From Heterodontus francisci (taxonomy: Eukaryota): a stretch of 64,000 bases of DNA. Of the stretch, positions 54,696 through 64,000 are shown piece by piece (the stretch's first letter is position 1; every line of letters starts with the position of its first letter). Location of the stretch: contig NC_090378.1 in NCBI RefSeq assembly GCF_036365525.1, positions 120,327,593 to 120,391,592 of the forward strand, written 5' to 3'. Under the pieces are notes generated by a model. It was not told the DNA's origin and made no database searches. It saw nothing but the letters and a program-made list of their open reading frames with translations. A program made the position numbers and the translations under genes.

Positions 54696-56560
54696 CACAC
54701 CTACAGACAGTACTGGGTAACACACTCAAACTCAGAGATACACACCTACAGACAGTACTGGGTAACACACCCACACTCAGAGATACACACCTACAGACAG
54801 TACTGGGTAACACACTCAAACTCAGAGATACACACCTACAGACAGTACTGGGTAACACACCCACACTCAGAGATACACACCTACAGACAGTACTGGGTAA
54901 CACACCCACACTCAGAGATACACACCTACAGACAGTACTGGGTAACACATCCACACTCAGAGACACACACCTACAGACAGTACTGGGTAACACACCCACA
55001 CTCAGAGACACACATCTACAGACAGTACTGGGTAACACACTCAAACTCAGAGACACACACCTACAGACAGTACTGGGTAACACACTCAAACTCAGAGACA
55101 CACACCTACAGACAGTACTGGGTAACACACTCAAACTCAGAGACACACACCTACAGACAGTACTGGGTAACACACTCAAACTCAGAGACACACACCTACA
55201 GACAGTGCTGGGTAACACACTCAAACTCAGAGACACACACCTACAGACAGTACTGGGTAACACACTCAAACTCAGAGATACACACCGACAGACAGTACTG
55301 GGTAACACACTCAAACTCAGAGACACACATCGACAGACAGTTCTGGGTAACATACTCAAACTCAGAGACACACACCTGCAGACAGTACTGGGTAACACAC
55401 TCACACTCAGAGACACACACCTACAGACAGTGCTGGGTAACACACTCACACTCAGAGACACACACCTACAGACAGTACTGGGTAACACACCCACACTCAG
55501 AGACACACACCTACAGACAGTACTGGGTAACACTCCCACACTCAGAGACACACACCTACAGCCAGTACTGGGTAACACACCCACACTCAGAGATACACAC
55601 CTCCAGACAGAACTGGGTAACACACCCACACTCAGAGATACACACCTACAGACAGTACTGGGTAACACACCCACACTCAGAGATACACACCTACAGACAG
55701 TACTGGGTAACACACCCACACTCAGAGATACACACCTCCAGACAGAACTGGGTAACACACCCACACTCAGAGATACACACCTACAGACAGTACTGGGTAA
55801 CATACCCGCACTCAGAGATACACACCTCCAGACAGAACTGGGTAACACACCCACACTCAGAGATACACACCTACAGACAGTACTGGGTAACACACCCACA
55901 CTCAGAGATACACACCTCCAGACAGAACTGGGTAACACACCCACACTCAGAGATACACACCTACCGACAGTACTGGGTAACTCACCCACAATCAGAGTTA
56001 CACACCTATAGACAGTACTGGGTAACACACCCACACTCAGAGACACACACCTACAGACAGTACTGGGTAACACACCCACACTCAGAAACACACACCTACA
56101 GACAGTACAGGCTAACACACCCAAACTCAGAGATACACACCTCCAGACAGAACTGGGTAGCACACCCACACTCAGAGATACACACCTACCGACAGAACTG
56201 GGTAACTCACCCACAATCAGAGATGCACACCTACAGACAGTACTGGGTAACACACTCAAACTCAGAGACACACACCTACAGACAGTACTGGGTAACACAC
56301 CCACGCTCAGAGACACACACCTGCAGACAGTACTGTTTAACACACACACACTCAGAGACACACACCTGCAGACAGTACTGGGTAAGACACATACTCAGAG
56401 ACACGCACCTACAGACAGTACTGGGTAACACACCCACACTCAGAGACACACACCTACAGACAATACTGGGTAACAGACCCATTCTCAGAGGAACCCACCA
56501 AATGACTGCACTGTGTAATACACACATCCTTAGACATACAAACCTACTGAGAGTACTGGA
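54696..56560. repeat. 45-bp minisatellite block A (CACACCTACAGACAGTACTGGGTAACACACCCACACTCAGAGAYA), about 40 units
   Basis: 15-codon period in the ORF track ([15 protein letters not shown]). The last units are degenerate. Confidence 0.97.
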
Positions 56561-56990
56561 TAGCTATGAAGAGAGACTGGATAGGCTAGGGTTGTTTTCT
56601 TTAGAGCAGAGAAGGCTGATGGAGGACCTGATTGAGGTATATAAAATTATGAGGTGCATTGATAGGATAGATAGGAAGAAACCTTTTGCCTTAGTGGAGG
56701 GGTCAATAACCAGTGTGCATAGATTGAAGCTAAGAGGCAGGAGGCTTAGAGGAAAAGAATTTTCACCCAGAGGGTGGTGCGAATCTGGAATGCACTGCCT
56801 GAACACTTGGTAGAGGCAGGAACCCTCACAACATTTAAGATGTATTTAGATGAGCACTTGAAATGCCATAGCATACAAGGCTATGGGCCAAGTGCCAGAA
56901 AATGTGATTAGAATAGATAGGTGCTTGATGGTTGGCAAAGACACGATGGGCTGAAGGGCCTGGTTCTGTGCTGTATAACTCTATGATTCT
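56561..56990 (+). mobile_element. CR1 3' fragment inserted into the 45-bp minisatellite
   Basis: SYEERLDRLGLFSLEQRRLMEDLIEVYKI; tail GGGCTGAAGGGCC...CTCTATGATTCT. Confidence 0.9.
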
Positions 56991-58196
56991 ATAACACACC
57001 CACACTCAGACTCACACACCTACAGACAGTACTGGGTAACCCACACACACTCAGAGACACACACCTACAGACAGGACAGGGTAACCCACACACACTCAGA
57101 CACACACACCTAAAGACAGTACTGGGTAACCCACACACACTCAGAGACACACACCTACAGACAGGACAGGGTAACCCACACACACTCAGACACACACACC
57201 TACAGACAGTACTGGGTAACCCACACACACTCAGAGACACACACCTACAGACAGGACAGGGTAACCCACACACACTCAGACACACACAACTACAGACAGT
57301 ACTGGGTAACCCACACACACTCAGACACACACACCTACAGACAGTACTGGGTAACCCACACACACTCAGAGACACACACCTACAGACAGGACAGGGTAAC
57401 CCACACACACTTAGACACACACACCTACAGACAGGACAGGGTAACCCACACACACTCAGACACACACACTTACAGACAGTATAGGGTAACCCACACACAC
57501 TCAGACACACACACCTACAGACAGCACAGGGTAACCCACACACACTCAGACACACACACCTACAGACAGTACTGGGTTACCCACACACACTCAGACACAC
57601 ACATCTACAGACAGTCCAGGGTAACCCACACACACTCAGATACACACACCTGCAGACATTACAGGGTAACCCACACACACTCAGACACACACACCTACAG
57701 ACAGTACTGGGTAACCCACACACACTCAGACACACACACTGACATACAGTCCTGGGTAACCCACACACACTCAGACACACACACCTCCAGACAATACAGG
57801 GTAACCCACACACACTCAGACACACACACCTACAGACAGTACAGGGTAACCCACACACACTCAGACACACACACCTACAGACAGTACAGGGTAACCCACA
57901 CACACGCAGACACACACACCTACAGCCAGTACAGGGTAACCCACACACACACAGACACACACACCTACAGACAGTACTGTGTAACCCACACACACTCAGA
58001 CACACACACCGACGTACAGTACTGGGTAACCCACACATACTCAGACACACACACCTCCAGACAATACAGGGTAACCCACACACATGCAGACATACACACC
58101 TACAGACAGTACAGGGTAACCCACACACACTCAGACACACACACCGAACAGACAGTATTGGGTAACCCACACACACTCCGAAACACACACCTACAG
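56991..58196. repeat. 45-bp minisatellite block B (CACACCTACAGACAGTACWGGGTAACCCACACACACTCAGACACA), about 27 units
   Basis: 15-codon period on the minus strand ([15 protein letters not shown]). Confidence 0.97.
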
Positions 58197-58720
58197 GATG
58201 TAAATGTGTTGGAATCAGTTCAGAGAAGGTTTATTAGACTAATACTTGGAATGTGCAGGTTTTCCTCTGAGGAAAGGTTGGACAGGTTAGGTTTATATCC
58301 ACTGGAGTTTAGAAGAGTAAGAGGTGACTTGATGGAGACATATAAGATTCCTGAGGGGTTTTGACAGGGTGGATGTGGAAAGGTTGTTTCTTCTTGTTGA
58401 AGAAACTAGAACTTGGGGTCACTATTTAAAAATAAGGTGTCACCCATTTAATACAGAGTTGAGAATTCTTTTATTTCCAAGGGTCGTGACTCTTTGGAAC
58501 TCTCTTTCTCAAAAGGCAATGGAAGCAGAGTCTATAAATATTTTTAAGGCAGAGGAAGATAGATTCTTGATAAGCAAGGGGGTGAAAGGTTATCATGGCT
58601 AGGAGGGAATGTGGTGTTGAGATTACAATCAGATCAGCCATGATCTTATTGAATGGTGGAGCAGGTTCGAGGGGCCGAGTGGCCTACTCCTGCTCCTAAT
58701 TCATATGTTTGTATTTCTGT
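58197..58720 (+). mobile_element. CR1 3' fragment
   Basis: DVNVLESVQRRFIRLI...RVRGDLMETYKI and LWNSL, with tail GGGGCCGAGTGGCCTACTCCTGCTCC. Confidence 0.88.
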
Positions 58721-58964
58721 TTGTAATCAAATCTTATGCTAATGTGCTATTGATTGAGAGTTTAACCAGCCAATCATTAGAATCACTTGCTGAAATACAG
58801 CCAATCAACTGACAGGAATGTGGGACATTTCCAAAGTACTCCCGAGACATTTACTGAATATTCTTAATGTTTATTACCTTTTACAGATTTACATTTACAG
58901 TAAAAAGACTTGAATAAACAGCTCAGTGAGAGGAAGCTGGAGAAATTCACAGGGAGAATGAAGG

Positions 58965-58970
58965 TTTATT
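58965..58970 (-). promoter_or_regulatory. Likely polyadenylation signal of the Ig light-chain transcript
   Basis: TTTATT on the plus strand is AATAAA on the minus strand, about 430 nt after the C-exon stop and followed by U/C-rich sequence. Confidence 0.65.
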
Positions 58971-59399
58971 AAAACAGTTGTGGAGATTTTCTCAATAACA
59001 TGAGAATCCTGTCGCTTTAAACAGAGACTAAACTTTAAATTGGAACTGCAGGGTGAGCAGGAAGGAGGTCTGGTTTACTGAGCGGTGACTTCTGAGGTTC
59101 ATATTATTTTAGCTCAGCTGACAGTCTTCAGCATCTTAGAGAGGTTTTACTTGGCATCACGAGTCTACATTGTCCAATCAAACACTCCCAGGGCAGGTAC
59201 AGTACGGGTTAGATACAGAGTAAAGCCCCCTCTACACTGTCCCAATTTAGTGCCTTGACCCCTGATCCTCAGAGGTGTCTCAGACCCAGTCACGAGAAGG
59301 AAGAGAGTTGAAATTCCGTGCTGACAATGACCTTTATCCTCCCAGCTCACCCCTGTTATATTTAAAGTTGTGTCTCCTCTGAGGACTGTCTCTAACATT

Positions 59400-59728
59400 C
59401 TACACACATTCTGATCTGCTCACACTCTTACTGAGGGGAGAGGACAGGGTCTCGTGGGTGAGGGCACAGGAGAAGCGGGCGTTGGACTCCCAGTCAGAGC
59501 CAGAGAGGGTCAGCAGGCTGCTGACACTGTAGGTGCTGTCCGAAGCTCGCAGGTAATTGCTGGTCTGAACTCCGGCCGAAATGGCTGCACCGTCCTTCTT
59601 CCACTCCACCCCCACTTCATCGGGATAGAAGTGATCGGCAAGGCACACCAGGGTGGCAGTGCCCTTGGCCTTGACCTCCTCCGGCGAGGGGGGCATCAGG
59701 GTCAGTGTGGGTTGAGACTTCTCTCGGC
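59400..59728 (-). CDS. IGKC: Immunoglobulin light-chain constant exon, kappa isotype (shark type III/NS4-like)
   Basis: Acceptor ATTAACAGTTTTTCTCTTCTCTTTCAG|GC (phase 1, as expected for J-C). It translates as REKSQPTLTLMPPSPEEVKAKGTATLVCLADHFYPDEVGVEWKKDG...STYSVSSLLTLSGSDWESNARFSCALTHETLSSPLSKSVSRSECV*. It has the C1-set Cys/Trp/Cys residues and the penultimate interchain Cys. The kappa call rests on recalled similarity to shark NS4/type III and is less certain than the light-chain call. Confidence 0.93.
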
Positions 59729-59761
59729 CTGAAAGAGAAGAGAAAAACTGTTAATCACTGC

Positions 59762-59995
59762 ATGTTTGTGTATTTCTGTGTTCTATTTGTATATTTTTTG
59801 CTCTCTGTATATATTTGTGTGTTTTATGTATATATTTGTGTCTTTTGTCGGTATATTTGTGTGTCCTCTGTATATATTTGTGTGTTTCATGTATTTATTT
59901 GTGTGTTCTGTCTGTACATTTGTGTATTCTCTGTGTATATTTGTGTGTTCTATGTGTATATTTATGTGTATGTTTCTGTGGGTGTTTCTGTGTTT
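59762..59995. repeat. Degenerate 21-bp TG/TA-rich repeat in the J-C intron
   Basis: TGTATATATTTGTGTGTTYTA-like units; 7-codon period VYICVFx. Confidence 0.85.
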
Positions 59996-60187
59996 GGATA
60001 TGTCACATCAGATAACAGACAGCTGAGTTAATGAACTGCAGCTGGTGTTGAATCGTTAGAAATGAGCACCATCACTTCTTAATTTGCCTCGCTTGCTAGG
60101 TTTAGTCTAAAATACAAAGACAGTGGATGGTTTGATGTTCAACTGGTTAAATTGTGTTCGACTGCTCTTGGAAGTATGATATGGTAG

Positions 60188-61038
60188 TTTTTTTTATTCA
60201 TTCATGGGATGTGGGCGTCGCTGGCCAGGCCAGCATTTATTGCCCATCACTAATAGCCCTTGAGAAGGTGGTGGTGAGCTGCCTTCTTGAACTGCTGCAG
60301 TCCATGTGGGGTAGGTACACCCACAGTGCTGTTAGGCAGGGAGTTCCAGGATTTTGACCCAGTGACAGTGAAGGAACGGCGATATAGTTCCAAGTCAGGA
60401 TGGTGTGTGGCTTGGAGGAGAACTTGCAGGTGTTGGTGTTCCCATACAACTGCTGGCCTTTCCTCCTAGGTGGCCAGCCTTTGGCCTGCTCTTGTAGCCA
60501 CAGTATTTACAGGGCTACTGCAGTTCAGGTTCTGGTCAATGGTAACCCTCAGGATGTTGATAGTGGGGGATTCAGCGATCGTAATGCCATTGAATGTCAA
60601 GGGGAGATGGTTAGATTCTTTCTTATTTGAGATAGTCATTGCCTTTCACTTGTGTGACGCGAATGTTACTTGTTACTTATCAGCCCAAGCGTGGACAGTG
60701 TCCAGGTTTTGCTGCATTTCTAGATAGTCTGTTTCCGTTTCTGTGGATTCGCGAATGGTGCTGAAGGTTGTGCAATCATCAGCGAACATCCCCTCTTCTG
60801 ACCTTATGGTGGAGGGAAGGTCATTGATGAAGCAGCTGAAGATGGTTGGGCCTAGGACACTATGCTGAGGAACTCCTGCAGTGACGTCCTAGAGCTGAGA
60901 TGATTGACCTCCAACAACCACAGCTATCTTCCTTTGCGCTAGGTATGACTCCAAACAGTCGAGAGATTTCCCCCTGATTCACACTGACTCTAGTTTTGCT
61001 CGGGCTTCTTGATTCCAGACTCAAATGCTGCCTTGATG
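60188..61038 (-). mobile_element. Family-B LINE, 5'-truncated and internally deleted, inserted into a CR1 endonuclease region
   Basis: Poly(T) followed by ATTCATTCATGGGATGTGGG. It is collinear with 41988-43125 but lacks about 42275-42570. The flanks TGGAAGTATGATATGGTAG and GTTATTACTGAAA rejoin as the CR1 WxYD..ITE motif. Confidence 0.85.
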
Positions 61039-64000
61039 ACAGTTATTACTGAAATGAGTCTGAAAGAAGGGCAGGAATGGCAGCTCAATATTCCTGATAC
61101 TGAGTTTCCCAATGGGATAGAGAGGGAGAGAAAAAAGGAGAAGGGTTTCACAATATTAGTCAAAAGAAAAAATCGCAGCTGTGAGGAGGGATGATATTCA
61201 AGCAGGATCATCGAATGAGGACATTTGAATGAACGTAGGAACAAAAAAGGGGCAATCACATTGCTGCACTATATATAGACCAGGGGTCGGTAACCTTTAT
61301 TACCTGAAGAGACTGTTTTCAAAAATATTACCTAAAATAAAAACTACTGGCAGTGTCAAGACCAAAATTCAGCATTTCTAAACCAAATACCTTCTAAATT
61401 GCCAAGTGTCTCTGGTAGAATGCACACTTTGTATATATAATAAATAAAATACATGTATTGAATTTATGTATCAATAGAAAAAAAGTCAAAATCAGAATAG
61501 GTTTCACTCTGAATTATTGCATTTTTTTGACTTGTTTTTGTATAATTTTGTCAGTAAAGTCAAAATTTAAAAAAAAAATTTAAATTCAGATGTGCAGAAT
61601 TAAGACAATTTTTTCAGCTATTGATTCTCGTAATAAAAAAGAAGTTTGTAATAGCAGAATAATTTATCATCTCAGTGATATTAGAAACAATAATGGTCAC
61701 AAACATAAAAGCTGTTCCTCCAATGGAAGCTGTACCACTCAAACAAGTTCATTTAGACAATGATGATGCTTTTCATTTAAATAATCATTTGAAACTATAA
61801 AGTACAACATAATGATTAGCCTTTTATCCCCACAATAAAAACACAGTTTACTTTCCTTGACTGAATTTTTTCGGCCTTTTTCATGTTAATGTGATCCAAC
61901 TGGAAAAGGTTGGCAGCTGTAAATGAGCTGTTAAAGAGTCACATGTGGCTCCGGAGTCGCAGGTTCCAGACTCCTGCTATAGACCCTCAAACAGTCAGAG
62001 GGAGAGAGAAGAGCAAATGTGTCGGCAAATTACTGAAAAGTGCAGAAACAACAGGCCAGTAATAGGAGGGGATTTCAACTTTCCAAATATTAACTGGGAT
62101 AAATTCAGTATAAAAGGTACAGAGGGCGCAGAATTCCTAAAATACATTCGGGAGAACTTTTCTCATCAGTAGAAAGACCAACAAGAGAAGATACAGTTCT
62201 GGACTTAGTTTTCAGGAATGAATCTGGGCAGGTGGAAGGGGATCAATGTGAGAGTGTTTTAGTGGCAGTGATTATAATTCAGTTAGATTTAGAGCAGTTA
62301 TAGAAAAGGATAAAGATGGACCAAGAGTAAAAGTTTTAAACTGGGGAAAGGCCAATTTTACTAAGCTGAGATGTGATTTGTCAGAATTAGACTGGAAACA
62401 GCTACTTGAAGGTAAATCAGTGTTAGAGCAGTGGGAGGCATTCAAGGAGGAGATAGTGAGGGCTCAGAACAAACATGTTCCCACAAAGAAAAAGGGTGAG
62501 ACTCCCAAATCTCCATTTACCGCAGATGGTAAAGAGCATACACAGTAGGATAAGGTACAAAAGGGAAACTTATATCGGATACTGAGATCTTGATACTGCA
62601 GAAAACCTGGAGAAGTGTAGAGAGTTCAGGGGTGAAATTGAAAAGGAAATTAGGGAAACAAAGAGAGGACATGAAAAAATATGAGCTAGTAAAATCAAGG
62701 AAAACCCAAAGATGTTTAATAAATACATAAAGAGCCGGAGAATCACTAAGAAAAGAGCGGGGTAAATTGGAGTCCAAAAACCTAACCTGTGTGTGGAGGT
62801 GGAGGATGTGGACATGTTTCTGAATGAATACTTTGTGCCTTTTTTCACAGAGAGTGACAAAGCAGACATTGTAGTGAAGGAGGAGGAGTGTGAAATCTTG
62901 GATGGGATAAACTTAGTGAGGGAGGAAATATTAAGGTGTTTCACATCCTTGAAAATGGATAAATCACCAGGCCCAGGTGAAATGTATCCCAGGCTGCAAA
63001 GGAAGCAATGGAAGAAATAGCGGAGGCTCTGATCCTCATTTTCCAATTCTCTCTGGTTAAAGGCATGGTACCTGAGGACTGGAGGACTGCTAATGTTCTA
63101 CTGTTGTTTAAAAAGGAAAGAATGGATGGACCAAGTAATTACAGATCAGTCAGCATAACCTCGGCAGTGGGAAAATTATTGGAAAAAGTTCTGAGAGACA
63201 GTAAAAACCATCACTTAGAGAAGCACGGGATTAATTCAGGACAGTCAGCATGGATTTGTTAAGGGAAGTTTGTGTCTGACTAACGATTACATTTCATGAG
63301 GAGGTTACAAGGAGTGTCAAAGTGGGCGTCATGTTTGAAAGAGTCTACATGGATTTTAGCAAGGCCTTTGATAAGATCCCACATGGCAGACTGGTCAGAA
63401 AGTTAAAAGCCCATCGGATCCAAGGAAAAGTGGGAAATTGGATCAAAAATTGAGTCAGTGACAGGAAGCAAAGTTTTATTGTCAACGGGTGTTTTTGTGA
63501 GTGGAAAGCTGTTTTCAGTGGGGTTCTGCAGGGCTCAGTACTGGGTCCACTGCTGATTATAGTGTCTTTCAATGATTTAGATTTAAATGGAAGGGGTATT
63601 AAGAAGTTTGCAGATGATACAAAAATAGGCCTTGCGGTTGATAATGAGGAAAAAGGCTGTAGACTGCAGGAAGATATCAATGGACTGGTCAGGTGGGCAG
63701 AAAAATAGCAAATGGAATTCAGTCCAGAGAAATGTGAGGTGATGCATTTGGGGAGGACAAACGAGGCAAAGGAATATCCAATAAATGGGATGATACTGAG
63801 AAGTGTAGAGGAACTGAGGGACATTGGAGTTCATGTCCACAGATCCCTGAAGGTAGCAGGACAGCTAGATAAGGTGGTTAAGAAGGCTTACGGGATGCTT
63901 GCCCTTATTCGCTGAGGCCTGGAGTATAAAGGTAAGGAGGTTATGCCAGAACTGTAGAAAACACTAGTTAGACCACAGCTAGAAAACTGTGTACAGTTCT
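61039..64000 (+). mobile_element. Degenerate CR1 ORF2 (endonuclease to RT), running off the window end
   Basis: LKEGQEWQLNIP, YRP, GGDFNFPNINW, KSPGPGEMYPR, VPEDWRTANV and MEFSPEKCEVMHLGR, with many stops. Confidence 0.92.
61281..61976. mobile_element. hAT non-autonomous DNA transposon (696 bp) with 16-bp TIRs and 8-bp TSD
   Basis: Left TIR CAGGGGTCGGTAACCT. Right end AGGTTCCAGACTCCTG (reverse complement CAGGAGTCTGGAACCT, 13/16 identical). TSD ATATAGAC (61273-61280) and CTATAGAC (61977-61984). The interior is AT-rich. Confidence 0.88.

Noticed and set aside
53598-58188. Pro/Ser-rich and Cys/Val-rich ORFs, including the 722-aa ORF ending in CR1 sequence
   Set aside because: They are translations of 42- and 45-bp minisatellites, with chance read-through into a CR1 fragment.
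54696-58196. Common origin of the 45-bp and 36-bp repeats (TACAGACAGTACTGG versus TACACAGACTGG)
   Set aside because: The similarity is short and low-complexity, so it is not distinguishable from chance without alignment statistics.

Overview
This is eukaryotic, repeat-dominated DNA from a cartilaginous fish (shark), not a prokaryotic window. The one clear host gene piece is an intact immunoglobulin kappa-type (shark type III/NS4) light-chain constant exon on the minus strand (59400-59728), with splice acceptor, 3' UTR and AATAAA. Its V/J segments would lie beyond position 64000. Positions 1 to about 27930 are a 36-bp satellite of about 775 units in unbroken register, with irregular higher-order duplications. 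All of the very long ORFs there are by-products of a stop-free unit. The rest is nested transposon debris: many CR1 LINEs (one young copy with an intact 693-aa RT ORF), a second CR1/L2-group LINE family, a Tx1-like L1 abutting a 34-bp GAGCT/TGGG-rich array, a Gypsy remnant with PPT and LTR, a retrovirus-type RNase H-integrase remnant, two hAT-like elements, a Harbinger-type Myb/SANT pseudogene with introns, and a 45-bp minisatellite split by a CR1. I found no convincing new protein-coding system. The best leads are the retroviral remnant, the shared 5' breakpoint of two independent LINE insertions, and the architecture of the arrays next to the Ig cluster. All family assignments come from recognised motifs, not database searches.
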